A stretch of DNA of 63,227 bases, counting the filler. It is 9 parts of 9 records of this genome, joined end to end, with 100 filler letters (N's around TTAATTAATTAA, not from the genome) between each part and the next. Parts side by side here need not be neighbours in the genome. Positions count along the whole stretch, not along the records: positions 24,104 to 33,065 come from SRR31147125_30054; positions 33,166 to 44,858 come from SRR31147125_30055; 7 more parts are not named here. One strand, 5' to 3'. Both the position numbers and the translations under genes were made by a program. Positions 29,317 to 41,806 of this stretch are shown piece after piece. Within the stretch, counting starts at the first letter, position 1. Each line of letters opens with the position of its first letter. The notes below the pieces were generated by a model. The model worked only from the letters and a program-made list of their open reading frames with translations. It ran no database searches and was not told the DNA's origin.

Positions 29317-30798
29317 TTACTGCAGATACTCGGATGCTGTCAAGTCCGCAGTCGTCCTGTCGATGTACAACTGGAGATCGAATTTGTCGTAGAGCGTTTG
29401 CACGAACTCATCCCATTCCTCCATCGGTCGGATTCCGTAGATGAATTTCGCAATCTCCTCCTGTTCGTACCTCTCCTTGTCCGCGAAGTTCACACCTTCC
29501 GGCAGCCCAATGGCCCCGCTATAGATGCTGATCACCGGCTGTGCCGCCACGAATTCCAGGTAGGGTGCCGACCACGGGTACTTCATAATCAGGTAGTCCG
29601 GACCATAGCCGGTGAGCTGATAGTTGTGGGAGTACACAACTTCGCCGATTCTGTCGCTGTTGACGGTCACATTCGTCCCGTCGAAGGTGTGATGCTCACC
29701 CTCAATGCCAAACTGAACCAGGCGTGCGCCCTCGCCAACGGTGATGTAGTCGATCAACCTCAACACCGCATCCAATTCTTCAGGCTCGTTCTCCAGATCT
29801 GCGGACAGGACGTTCCTGTAATCTGTGGTCGCAACGTCCCACTCGCGGTCTGCGCTTCCGTACGGACCCTTAAGTGCGGCTACCTGCTCCCATACCGCAT
29901 GAGGATTCACATCGATAATCCGTTGCGCATAGTCAGGCTTGTAGTATTCCCAAAGGTTGCGGTAGTTGATCCCAATCTGACCGTTAAAGGTCTTGTTCAT
30001 ATCGGCTTGGCTCTTGTTAGCCATGAGCTCAGGGTCAACCACACCGGTGGCGATGAAATCACGAATCCACTCGATCGCTTCCCGGAACCTTGGATCTGTG
30101 GTGCTGTAAACCAATTCTCCGTCGCGAATCATCCAGTTGCCGTCGTGCGTTGTACCGAATGCACCGAATATGGGTCGGAAAGACCTGATTCCGTCGTACC
30201 CGGTCAGGCCGTATGTATCGTCGCGGCCGTTGTCATCCGGATCGTCGTAGGTGAATGCCCAGGCAACAGCTGCGAACTCATCGAGCGTCGTTGGCATCTC
30301 AAGGCCGAGTGCGTCGAGCCAATCTCGCCGAAGTAGGAAACTACTGGAGCGATTGCCGACTCGTTTTGCCAGACCGTAGATCTCCCCGTTCACCCGACCT
30401 TTCTGATAGTCGTCTTCAGTGTACGCGGCAACCACGTTGGGCATTTCGCTGATGTACGGGTCAAGGTGCAACGCAACATCCCTCTCAACGAAATTCACCA
30501 ACTGGTTCCTGTCTGTTGCCCTGAAGAGGTCCGGGATGTTGCCGCCGGCAATCCGGATGTTCAACTGCTGCTCGTAGTCCGAGGACACGCTTGTCCTGTC
30601 AATGGCAATGTCCAGTCTCTCCATGAGAGCCTGCAGAATGAGGTCGTTCTCTGTTGCCGGGAGATCACCCGGATCCGCGGAGAAGATCGATATGGTCGGC
30701 AGTGCGGCGGCATCCGATTCGTCTGGCGACGCACCGGAGGCAATGGCCATGGTGGCGACCACTGCGATCATCAGAACTAGTAACATCCACTTCTTCAT
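29317..30798 (-). CDS. Carbohydrate ABC transporter solute-binding protein
   Basis: AGGAGG RBS, MKKWMLL signal, IAGGNIPD, RRDWLDALGL.MPTTLDEF, DPDDNG.DDTYG. Confidence 0.9.
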   Translation of the reverse strand: MKKWMLLVLMIAVVATMAIASGASPDESDAAALPTISIFSADPGDLPATENDLILQALMERLDIAIDRTSVSSDYEQQLNIRIAGGNIPDLFRATDRNQLVNFVERDVALHLDPYISEMPNVVAAYTEDDYQKGRVNGEIYGLAKRVGNRSSSFLLRRDWLDALGLEMPTTLDEFAAVAWAFTYDDPDDNGRDDTYGLTGYDGIRSFRPIFGAFGTTHDGNWMIRDGELVYSTTDPRFREAIEWIRDFIATGVVDPELMANKSQADMNKTFNGQIGINYRNLWEYYKPDYAQRIIDVNPHAVWEQVAALKGPYGSADREWDVATTDYRNVLSADLENEPEELDAVLRLIDYITVGEGARLVQFGIEGEHHTFDGTNVTVNSDRIGEVVYSHNYQLTGYGPDYLIMKYPWSAPYLEFVAAQPVISIYSGAIGLPEGVNFADKERYEQEEIAKFIYGIRPMEEWDEFVQTLYDKFDLQLYIDRTTADLTASEYLQ

Positions 30799-30876
30799 GA
30801 ATGTCCTCCTTAAACTCCGGCTCCTCGCCGGGCTTCTTCTCGTTCCAACGGAACGGTTGTCTATAGTCACATGCGT

Positions 30877-31749
30877 CTACCCCTTAACAGAGCCGAGCAA
30901 GACCCCCTTGGTAAAATGCTTCTGGAGAAAGGGATACACAGCCAGGATTGGAATCGCTGTCAGTACAACGGCTGCCATCTTCAGTGTGTCACCGGGAACA
31001 GCGAGGTCCGGCAAGTCAGCGATTGAATCCTCCGCTCCGATAAGAATGTTCCTGAGAACCGGCTGGAGCGGCAACTTGGCAGAATCACTGATGTAAATGA
31101 TCGCCTGAAAGAACTCGTTCCAGTGATTAACGCCGTAGAATAGTCCAACGGTACTGATAACAGGCAACGACAGCGGCAGGACAATTCGGACGAGGACGGT
31201 AAGCTCCCCCGCTCCATCAATTGTCGCTGCGTCAAGCAAGCTCGGTTCCATTTGGTCAAAGAACGTCTTCATCACGATTGCGTTGAACGACCAGACGGCA
31301 GCCGGCAACATCATTGCCCAGTAACTGTCGAGCAATCCGAGCGTACGAACGATGATGTATGTCGGGATGATACCTCCAGAAAACACCATGGGGAGGAGAA
31401 TGAAGACCAGAAGCGCACGTCTGCCCGGCATGCTCTTCCGGCTGAGCGGATACGCGACGAGGGTCGTCAGCACCATGTTGATTGCCGTACCCACAACCGT
31501 GATCAAAATCGTTACGCCATAGGCGCGTGGGATTGCTGGCCGCGACAGGAACTCGATATACGCCTCTAGGGTAACTTTACGGGGGAACAGCACAAAACCG
31601 CCCTGTTTCAGGACCACCTCAAAGGGTGTGATTGAAACAGAAATAACGTAGAACAATGGGAAGAGCGCGAGAAAGGTGGCCAGTGCCGACCCTCCGTAGC
31701 ACATAAAAAGGAACATGCGGTCGCCAAAAGTCTCCCTAACACCTACCAT
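30877..31749 (-). CDS. Carbohydrate ABC permease (LplC-like)
   Basis: AYPLSR, FSGGIIPTY, DAATIDGA, HWNEFF, YPFLQKHFTKG..GSVKG. Confidence 0.92.
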   Translation of the reverse strand: MVGVRETFGDRMFLFMCYGGSALATFLALFPLFYVISVSITPFEVVLKQGGFVLFPRKVTLEAYIEFLSRPAIPRAYGVTILITVVGTAINMVLTTLVAYPLSRKSMPGRRALLVFILLPMVFSGGIIPTYIIVRTLGLLDSYWAMMLPAAVWSFNAIVMKTFFDQMEPSLLDAATIDGAGELTVLVRIVLPLSLPVISTVGLFYGVNHWNEFFQAIIYISDSAKLPLQPVLRNILIGAEDSIADLPDLAVPGDTLKMAAVVLTAIPILAVYPFLQKHFTKGVLLGSVKG

Positions 31750-32703
31750 AGCGATTGTCCCCATCTTTTGGCGATTGAGTTGACGATCAACAGAAGCGAC
31801 ATGCCTATCAATGACTTGAACAGACCTACAGCGGCGGCAAGACTGAAGTTCCATTGCACCAACCCAGTTCGGAACACCCAAGTGTCAATAATGTCGCCAA
31901 CAGAATAGACTCTGACGTTGTAGAACACGTATACCTGCTCAAATCCTGCTTCCAGGATTCGGCCCATGCGCAGAGTAAGGAGCACCACCACCACAGTAGC
32001 AATGGACGGAAGCGTGATGTGGCGGACCATCTGCAGTCGGGATGCACCGTCAATACGCGCAGCCTCGTAGAGTGTTGGAGGAATCCCCGAGATTGCGGCG
32101 AGATAGAGGATCGCGCCCCATCCGGTGTCTCGCCATACCTCAGATCCCACCAGCAGCGTGCGGAAGAACTTTGGTTCGGATAGGAAGTTGAACGTGGTCC
32201 CAGCTACGCTCCGAATCAAGTGGTTTACAAGTCCCATACTTTCCGATAACAAGGCGGATGCTATTCCGTACACAATCACCCATGAAAGGAAGTGAGGCAT
32301 GTATGTAACGGTCTGGACAAACCGCTTGAAGCGAACATGACGCGCCTCGCTGATCGCGATTGCTAGAAAGATGGCGAAGGGCATACCCCAGAACAACTTG
32401 TATAGACTAATCAGCATCGTGTTGCGCAAGAGCTGGAAGAAATACGGTGACCGGAAAAATCTCTAAGAAATGTTCGTAGAAGGGATGGACCCACGGGCTT
32501 CCAATGATACCGGATCTGACGCGGAAGTCCTTGAAAGCCATGACTGTGCCAAACAATGGCAGGTATCGGAAGACGATGAAGTAGGTAACTGGCGCAATAA
32601 GCATGATATAGAGCATGCGATGTTTCCAAAACGCGTTGAGAATCTGTCGCTTCCTATGCGCTTGGGGAGTGTCGTCTGCATGCAAGGAAGTATGACGGCG
32701 CAC
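31743..32703 (-). CDS. Carbohydrate ABC permease (LplB-like; apparent indel near 32462)
   Basis: FRYLP..G..MAFKDF...SPWV in one frame; PHFLSWV, LYEAARIDGA, GFEQV in the next. Confidence 0.88.
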
Positions 32704-32787
32704 TGGTACCTGTCACCACCGGACGTTTCATCAATAGTGTCAGGAAATCATCTTCGGGAGTGGGATACACAGCGAATGATGGGCAGA

Positions 32788-33065
32788 TTAGCGCACAGCA
32801 CGGAGTTCGTCAGCGGCGGGCACGTCTGCAAGAGAGACTCCAGCCGCGCGAAGCTCATTTTGCAGGCTGCCAACATCCAGTTTCGCCATGGTGGTCGCTC
32901 CGAGGAGAGCCATTGCGGCAGCGGTTCCGACGCCCTGTCCCATGTCAATACAGTGCGTCTGCAATCGAACGGACGCATGGTCTTCGTGGGTCGCTGAAGC
33001 ACATTGTCCCGCCACCGTAAGGTTATCGCACGCTTTTTTGAGATACATGCCCAAGGGGATATGGT
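32788..33065 (-). CDS. FAD-dependent oxidoreductase (FAD_oxidored type), C-terminal fragment
   Basis: HIPL...DNLTVAGQCASATHE..ASVR....C..MGQGVGTAAA...LQNEL. Confidence 0.8.
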
Positions 33066-33165
33066 NNNNNNNNNNNNNNNNNNNNNNNNNNNNNNNNNNN
33101 NNNNNNNNNTTAATTAATTAANNNNNNNNNNNNNNNNNNNNNNNNNNNNNNNNNNNNNNNNNNNN

Positions 33166-34645
33166 GTACAGCGATTTCATTTTCTTTATCATCCACATTC
33201 ATAAAAGTTTCCAATAAAGGGTCATTCGTATCTATCATTTTCACACGAAGTTTTTCGCGGTACTTCAATAATTTCGATTTGTATTTTTTATCGTTTGTAA
33301 GATTGACCAAACAATCGGGGTCGTTTTTTAAATCGTAGAATTCCTCCACTACCCGATAGCGGTGCATTAAAAACCGCTCTTGAATTTCAGGATTGTCAGC
33401 CATAGCTTCCATTGCCTTTACAACCTGCCCTTCATTCGCATTTTTATAACGATTAGCACCATCGCTCCACGCATTAAAAAGATAGCCATAGTTTTTATCC
33501 TGAATGCAACGCATGGGCAGTGGTTTCTTCTGGTTTATGTAGTCGATTTGAGTAAATACTTGTTTTCTACCTTTTTGTGATTTACCGTTGAGTAAAGGCA
33601 CAAACGACCTGCCATCAACATCTTCGGGCGCTTTCAAACCCGTTAATTCCATAATGGTTGGAAACAAATCGATGGTAGAAATGTAATGGTCGGAAATAAT
33701 ATTTGGTTTGTAAACTCCCGGACGGTAAACAAAAAATGAAGTCCGTGTTGCTTTCAGGTAACAGTTGGCTTTTGAAAATGGCATTGCAATCCCGTTATCC
33801 GATAAGAAAATAATTACTGTATTTTCCATCACTCCCGTTTCTTCAATAGCTTTCATTACTTTCCCAAAAGTATCATCCAGCCTTCGTGTTGAATTGTAAT
33901 ATTCGCTCATTTCTTTTCGAACCTGTGGAATATCGGGTAAAAATCCCGGCACAAAAGCTTCTTCGGGCGAATACATTTTTGATGGCCATTCGGCACCCGC
34001 TTTTAATTCATCAGAATTTTGAAAAGGACGGTGCGGGTCGTGCGAATTTATCATCAAATAAAAAGGTGTATCCTCGCTTTTACATTTCGAAATAAATGCT
34101 TTTGTACGTTCGTAATATTTCGATGGACTTCTTCCGGCTCCAAGGTCTTTGTAATCGAAAGTATAATCCCAAACGGTTGACAATTTTGCCGATGAATGTG
34201 AAACCTTTCCCAACACTCCGGTTTTGTATCCCGCTTCCTGAAAGGCTTCCATCATGGTTGGCACTTCTTCGCGGGCGTAGATAAATCCGTGAGCACCGCT
34301 GTGAAATCCGTACATGCCCGTTGCAATAACCGAACGGCTTGGCATACAAACCGATGTGTTTACATGAGCGTTGGTAAAACGTACACCGGCTTGTGCAATT
34401 TTATCGAGATTTGGTGTTAATCCTTTCATTTTTCCTCCAAACGATTCAAGGCTAACACCATTGGGGCCTAAATCATCGGCAGTAAAAATTATAACATTCA
34501 ATCCTTGTGCTACTTCCTTTTTCGTTTTGCTGTGATTTATCGCAACAACAGAATTTGTAAAACTGGTGAACAGTACGATTATTACAAATCCTTTTAAAAA
34601 TTTTCCTAAGCCAATTTGTCTCATTTCTAATTTCTTTCTTTTCAC
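33166..34645 (-). CDS. Sulfatase (S1, sulfamidase-like), 3' truncated
   Basis: TADDL, CMPSR formylglycine motif, GKVSH, DPHRP, SDNG. Confidence 0.92.
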
Positions 34646-34687
34646 AAAAATCTTATCAGTATTCTTCTATAATATTTTAGCTTTTAA

Positions 34688-36356
34688 TCATTTTAAATTC
34701 ATTGCCGGAACAATCCGGGCTGGTTGAATATAATCCTTAAGTTTTATAGGTTTAGTCCAAACCGTTTTTGTTGAATATCCTTCTGATTTATAAAATTCCC
34801 AATCATCAGTCCGAAATGGTGAAGCCGGAAATCCATTTGAATTATACAGGAGATTTCTTTCTGAGAGATTTGCTGCCCATGCATATCGAACTGCAACAGG
34901 CGATTTTACCTCAGGAGAGGAGACTTCAACGGTATTTCCATTTATCACTGCATTTCCCCAATAAAAAATACTGTCAGCTCCGGCAATTGCAAAGGCATCA
35001 AGGTCACCATTTCTAGCAGACATTAATCCTTCCGAGCCTTTCAAATCAAAGGTTAAAACAATTTTATCCCCTTCAGTTTTATACGATGTTAAAACGGGCC
35101 CTTCACCAACACGACTTACTCCGTAGGTATTTGCTAACGCCGAGTAGCCCAATCGTAAACCCACGGGTTGTTTATCTTTTGGATGTAATAACATAGAATC
35201 ACCGGTATCGATACTAACAGCCATATATGCATTTCGTACATTCAAACTTACCTGCCTCATACTTTCGCGCGTACGGGGCCAGGGTTGTTCAATTTCGGCC
35301 GGACGATTTTGGGCTGGTAACCAACTTGGTAGTTGTACAAAATAAAATGGGAATGTTTTTGATACAGTTCCGTTTGTATGCGAATGCCATTGTTTTCGGT
35401 GATATTCAACAAAGCCTTGGTCATGGCTTCTTCGTACAAATCTGATTCGCGCAAATGGTCAGAATTTGCCTCACCCTGGTAATAAATCATTCCTTTTATT
35501 CCGAATGGAAACAAAGGATTAATCATGCCATTGTAAATATTTCCGGGATAGGACCATTTTTTGGAAACAAAACGTTCAAGTTGGGCATTATATTCGATAT
35601 CACTTTCTTGTATTTCCCGAGGCATCCATGCCTGGATATGTGAACCAGCATAAGCGGCGCCAACCAATCCGATTGGGATATCCAGGTGTTTTTGAAGTGT
35701 TATTCCAAAATGAGCCGATATTGCAGAAAACTTACCGGTTTTTTCTTCCGACGAACTGTGCCATCCCAGTTCTCTCTTGTTGCAAAAGTATCAATTGGAT
35801 AATAATTGTATTGCCTTTCCAGCCTAATCAGCCTTAGGTTTGGCAAATTTGCCTCAGCTAGTGTTTCCTGAGCATTTTGCGTGAATGCAAGCTGCCATCC
35901 CATATTTGATTGCCCCACACATAGCCAAACATCGCCAATCAATACATTTTTAATGGTTTCACAACTATCTCCCCAACTTACATCGATTGTGTAATGTGGT
36001 GCTTCACCTTTTTCCGCCGATGGGGTTTTTACCAAAGTTAGCCAACGATTGTCGCTTCCGGCCACTGTTGAGGCTGATTCTCCCCAACTGGTTTTCACCT
36101 CAATTTTTGTTCCTTTAGGTGCCCTGCCAAAAATTGGTGCTTCAATGTTTTGCTGAAGTATCATGTTGTCCTTAAACAAATCATTCATATAAAAACCTTC
36201 AGGATGACATGGTGGTTCAGGCTTTATTATAGGAATATCACGATTCATATTACCTGGATTAGCAACTTTGTTTTGAGATAAAACAATAGCTGCCTGCATG
36301 CAGAATATTAGCGTGAATATTGTAAATTTTACTATTCTCATATGGCAATTACTCAT
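34688..36356 (-). CDS. Sialate O-acetylesterase (SASA/SGNH) family protein, split by two apparent indels (about 35755 and 35415)
   Basis: GDVWLCVGQSNM, YYQGEAN, PFYFVQLP in the joining frame, LHPKDK..VG.RL, AVRYAW, PASPFRTD. Confidence 0.88.
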
Positions 36357-36461
36357 TGTGTTAACTTTTAGGTTTCGTCCAATTCACTGTTTTCTTTTTC
36401 ACAATTTCAATTACTTAAGAAACCAAATTAAACTATAGTAGTCTTTGTTATTGGTATTATC

Positions 36462-38420
36462 TTAAATTGGGTCGCCAACCTGCAAAATGGTTTCATCGCG
36501 GGCAACAACGGTAAATAATTCTTCAAAATCAATCATCTCCTCATCACCTTTTACAATATCAATCTGAAGAAAGTATTTCCCGGGCTCTCCAACTTGTAAC
36601 TCACCCAAACTTACTATTTCAGACTTCTTATTGGTATTTTTAATTTGAACTGAAATCGCACCCGGTTGTTTGAAACGTTTATCTTTTTCGTGGTAAAGCG
36701 AAACAAGAACCTCAATATCATCAGAAGTCGATTTCAATTTCGATACGATTTCGTAATTTTTGTGTCCGTGTTTTATCTCCACCGGATAGCTTATTTCGCC
36801 TTTATGTACTTTGACAGTCGCTTGCGATTCATCTTTAAAAACCACTTTCGACGACAACCAATAATGTCCTTGCGGGTGCCAGCTTATTTTTCCACCTGTT
36901 AGTTTAAAACACCAGGCATGTTCAACCGGCAGTGCAGATTTTTCGATTTCTGCCAAGTCAATTGATAATGTATTGTCAGCTTCTACCTGAAAGCCTACAT
37001 TTCCGTACCCCAACAATTCAACTTTCAAATTTTTCAAATCTTCAACATTAAACGATTTTACGTTGAACTTTCCCTTTTCGGGCCAGTGCATTAAAAAGGC
37101 GTACAAAGTTTTGCCATCCTTGCTGCGGGTAAAACGAATATCTTCTGAAGTATAAGCAGAGCCATTTTTGTTAGCAGAGTTTTGTGCACCGTAATGGTCG
37201 GAAACACCTGCTGTTGGACCTTCGCCGTATGTAAACCACGGACGCGTATTATAAATGGCTTCACCATTCACCTTTAGCCATTTTCCATATTCATCGAGAA
37301 TAGCCTTGGTACGGAGCTGGAATTTTGCCGTTGTGGTCGGGACCAATGTTAAGCAAAAGTCCACCATTTTTTGAAACAATATCGACAAAACGGTCAATCA
37401 TTGTATTGGCAGTTTGCAACTGCGTTCCAGGGTAATAAAACCATGAACCTGGCGAATCGTCTGTCAACCACGGATACTCTGTAAGGAACGACATTCTTCC
37501 ACGTTCAAGGTCAAGTGTTGAATAATTCAACTGCTCCCCTTCGCGTTGTTTCTGCGCTACAGTAGGATGCGGCTGACCGTTGGCAATTGCCTGGTTATAA
37601 AAATCGCTGTACATTTTCAATTTAATATCCTCGTCGTGCCAGCCCAGTCCAAAATCGTAATAAATCAGGTCGGGTTTATATTTTCCGGTGAACTCCTGCA
37701 CTTTTGCCAAAAATGTTTCCTGCCAATCGCGGGGGATTTTTTTCCATGCTACCGTGTTGTTTACTTCCCGGGGCAGAACATCATGTGCGGGACCATATAA
37801 ATCAGGAGCTGTTTCTCCGTCGTATTTAAAAGCATGCTCGTAAAAACGATAGGTAAAACCATGGTGAAACGATGCCATAAAATTCAATCCTTCGCCGCGA
37901 ATTGCTTTTTCAAGCTCTCCGCTAATGTCGCGTTTTGGTCCAATTGCTGCTGCATTCCATGGCGACAAATTACTATCCCACATTAAAAAGTCATCGTGAT
38001 GAACAGCCACCGGACCGGCGAATTTAGCTCCGGCAGCTTTAAATTTTTGTGCCCATACTTTTGCATCAAATTCAGGCGCGGTAAACATTGGGATAATGTC
38101 TTTGTACCCAAATTCATTTTGGTTTCCAAAATGTTATGGTGATATTTATAAGCCGGATGGTTTTCCATGTACATCAGTTTTCCGTACCAACCAAAAATTT
38201 TCTCGTTGTACTGATTGGCATAAGTACACGGTCCCCAATGTGTATAAATTCCAAATTTTGCATCGCGCAACCATTCGGGATATTGGTAGTTTTGCGTTAG
38301 TGATTCAACTGTTGGTTTGAACTCTGTTGTTTCAGGTTCTATTGATTCTTCTTTTGTACCGGAACAAGCCGCTAACAGAAATAGCGCTGCAATAATCCAG
38401 TTGTATTTTCTTGCTTTCAT
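36462..38420 (-). CDS. Alpha-L-fucosidase GH29 lipoprotein with extra C-terminal domain, split by two apparent indels (about 38130 and 37310)
   Basis: LAAC lipobox, PEWLRDAKFGIYTHWG, HHDDF.MWDS, YYDFG, DIVSKNGGLLLN, WLKVNGEAIYNTRPW. Confidence 0.9.
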
Positions 38421-38426
38421 ACTTTT

Positions 38427-39455
38427 CTATTTTTTAGTAAACAGTGAATACTCTGCATTCCAGATTTCTGATTCTCCGGGTGCAATATCTAAACACACAA
38501 AATTTTCGGGACAAAGTGTATTTTTGTTTGCCCAAAACACCAGTTTACAAAGTGGTTTATCCATTTTTAGTTGCACTCCGGCGCCTGTTTTTGTATTTAT
38601 AATTTTAAACTGATGATTTGATACTTCGTTATTAAATCCACCTAAATTCAAATACGCAGATTCATCTTCAAAATATTTATTGAAATGCAGTTTATTGTTT
38701 TGAGCTTCAACCAACTTTTTTGATTTATCATCTCCTTCAGCCGAAGTAATTTCAAAAGGAAATTCAACCGAAAAATCGGGACCTGTTGAGGTTCCGTCAA
38801 TCACAAAAAAATTGTGGTTATACTGGTTGGTAACAATCCGTTTTTGCCCTGTATTTTCAAGTTTGTGGTGGATTTTAAAACCCGGTTTATCTTTCGTAAG
38901 TGAGATTCTTTTTGTGTAATGATAGCACCAACCAGTTTTGCTGTTCAAAACATGCACAAATTCAATCCAGTCTTTTCCCTGATTAATGGTCCATTTTCCA
39001 GGATTGAGAATTTTATAGGTCCCGTTCCAAACGTAAGGTTTGTCATTTTCTTTTTCCAACATTCCTACGCCAATTCGCAAAAACTCGCCACCCACGGCAG
39101 CTTCCTCGTAACCCATTCCCTCTGTTCCAAACGATTCTACAGGGCCGGTAATATAGTCGTGAATTTTGGAATCAGTTTCCGCATTCCATTCTCCAAAATA
39201 CTGGTGCCCTTTAAATTCGAGGCTATAAACAACACCTGACCAATCGAAGCGTGTTCCCTGATAATATCCTTTTTCCGCATCAGGAAGATACAGTCTCATG
39301 GTAACATCATTGTTTGATATTTTTGTTTTTGGATATGATTCCACATTTTCCTGTGCAAAAACCGACAAGATAGAAAACGCTTGCATGAGGATTATAAGCC
39401 CCAGGTTTATCATGCGGTTTTTATTCCGTTTCCATAAGAATTTACATATTTTCAT
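38427..39455 (-). CDS. Secreted hypothetical protein, possibly galactose-mutarotase-like fold
   Basis: Signal peptide; YLPD..GYYQGTRFDWSG, GPVESF, YNHNFF, CPE.F....PGE...W. Confidence 0.55.
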   Translation of the reverse strand: MKICKFLWKRNKNRMINLGLIILMQAFSILSVFAQENVESYPKTKISNNDVTMRLYLPDAEKGYYQGTRFDWSGVVYSLEFKGHQYFGEWNAETDSKIHDYITGPVESFGTEGMGYEEAAVGGEFLRIGVGMLEKENDKPYVWNGTYKILNPGKWTINQGKDWIEFVHVLNSKTGWCYHYTKRISLTKDKPGFKIHHKLENTGQKRIVTNQYNHNFFVIDGTSTGPDFSVEFPFEITSAEGDDKSKKLVEAQNNKLHFNKYFEDESAYLNLGGFNNEVSNHQFKIINTKTGAGVQLKMDKPLCKLVFWANKNTLCPENFVCLDIAPGESEIWNAEYSLFTKK

Positions 39456-39488
39456 CCTGTAACATATTAGTTGAGTTTTAAAACAAGC

Positions 39489-41803
39489 CTATTTCAAAAT
39501 AAATTTAGTGGTTAATACTTCTTCTGAATTTCCACCGACCATTACTTTGAATGCCCCCGGTTCTAAAACAAATTCATTTTTCAGGTTATAAAATTTCAGT
39601 TGTTCAGGCTTAAGCTCCATCTGAACTGTTTTAGATTCTCCCGGTTTCAACGTAATCTTACTAAATCCTTTCAACTCCATTAACGGACGCGTAACAGAAC
39701 TGAATTCATCTTGAATATAAAGTTGAACAATCTCGTCGGCCACATATTTCCCGGTATTTTTTACATCAACTTTTACAACGAGATTTTTGTTTTCAGTTAT
39801 TTCCTTAGATGAAACCGACAATCCTGAATATTCAAAAGTTGAATAACTTAAACCGTATCCGAAAGGATATAAGGGAGAATTATCAACAGCCAGGTAACCA
39901 TGTTTTGCTTTTCTGTGCGAGTTGTAGTACTGCGGTAAATGGCCTACACTACGTGGAAATGTGAGGGTCAATTTTCCGGAAGGAACCACATCTCCAAAAA
40001 GAATATTGGCAACAGCCTGCCCGGTTTTTTCGCCTAAATACCAGCACTCTAAAATGCCTTCAGCTGTTTCGTCAATTTTATTGATTGTTAAAGGTCGTCC
40101 ATTTACAAGGCAAACAATAACAGGTTTGCCTGTTGCTTTTACCGCTTCGTAGAGTTTATTTTGGTTGCCAAATAAATCCAATGAACTCCGGTATCCTAAA
40201 AACTCACCACAAGTCATAGCTGTTCCGCCTAATGCCATTATTACAACATCTGCATCGCGGGCAATTTCAACGGCTTCGTTAATACGTTGTAAATCTTCTT
40301 TCTGATTAACAGTGTCTACTCTGAAATCCAGCCAATATCCATTGTTGTCATGAATTTTACATCCTTCTGCATAAACTACTTCAACATCTTTTCCAACTTT
40401 TTCTGTGAGCCCTTCTAAAATGGAAATACCCCGCTCTTCATCGCGATGCGAATAACCACCATAACGACAGACAGCAGCATTAGGACCAATCACGGCAATC
40501 TTCTTCATTTTCTTTTCATCCAACGGAAGAATCTCATCCTGATTTTTCAGCAATACAACAGATTTTTCAGCGGCTTTTAAAGCAAGTTTCTGTTGTTCTT
40601 TGGTATGACATACTTTTGCTGCTAATTCAGGATTGGCATAAGGATTATCAAAAAGTCCGAGCATAAACTTCATACGAAGCACACGGCTAACGGCAGTATC
40701 GAGGGCGGCAGTTAACTCCGGATTGTTTTTGCAAGCTTCAGTGAGCTGACGAAAACAGTTTGGACTTGCCAACTCAAGGTCAACACCGGCCAACAGCGCT
40801 TTTTCGGCAGCCTCCTGCTTTGTTTCTGCAAGCCTGTGGTCATCTTTTATACCATCAACGCCGCCATAATCAGAAACTACATATCCTTGAAAATCCCATT
40901 CATCGCGTAAAACTTCGGTAAGCAACCAATGGTTTGCATGACAAGCAACTCCATCAATTGCATGGTATGCCGGCATAACACTTAAAGCACCCGCTTCTTC
41001 CACCGCTGCTTTAAAGGGAGGCAGAATTACATCGCGCATGGCACGTTCGCCGTAATTTACGGTTCCTTTGTTGGTAGCCCGCTCCGCCACACCATATCCG
41101 GCAAAGTGTTTAATTGTAGCAATAACATGCTTATTGTCAATACCATTTTTTTCAATATGCTCTTTTGTTCCTTGCAAACCTTCAACAATTGACTTGGCAA
41201 AGCAAGATATCAGGAACGGGTCTTCGCCGTACGACTCTTCAATACGCCCCCATCGCGGGTCGCGGCAAACATCTAACATTGGAGTGTTTACCTGATGACT
41301 CCCCTGCTACGGGTTTCTAAAGCAATTTGAATGAAAATTTCTTTCACCATTTCGGGTTCCCAGCTACACGACATTCCAATGGCTTGTGGATAAACCGTCG
41401 CATTTTTTGCCCACAAACCATGTAATGCCTCCTCGTGAAAAATAGTAGGGATACCCAAGCGGCCTTTTTCTATAATATATTTCTGAATTTCATTGGAAAT
41501 TAATGCGGTTTCTTTAGCATCCAAATCAAATGCCACACACGGTTTTCCCAATTGCCCTAATCCAATACCAAGAAGTTTTTGAATCGATTCCCTTGGGGCA
41601 AAATGGAGTAAGGAATCCATGTCCTTCCTGTTTAAAACTTCTGCTGAAATTTGAATGAGTTTTTCTTCCAATGTCATTCTTTGCAATAGGTCAGATACGC
41701 GCTCTTCAATATCCAGCGAAGCATTTTTGTATTTTGGCTGTTGTTGAGCGTAAGCTGCAGTAATAAGCAGCACTGTTAGCAAAAAGGTTGTCAAAAACTT
41801 CAT
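39489..41803 (-). CDS. Glycoside hydrolase family 3 (beta-glucosidase/xylosidase; apparent indel near 41290)
   Basis: RLGIP..HEEALHG, RDPRWGRIEESYGEDP, KHFAG, VVSDY, YPFGYGLSY, FnIII tail. Confidence 0.93.
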
Positions 41804-41806
41804 ATT

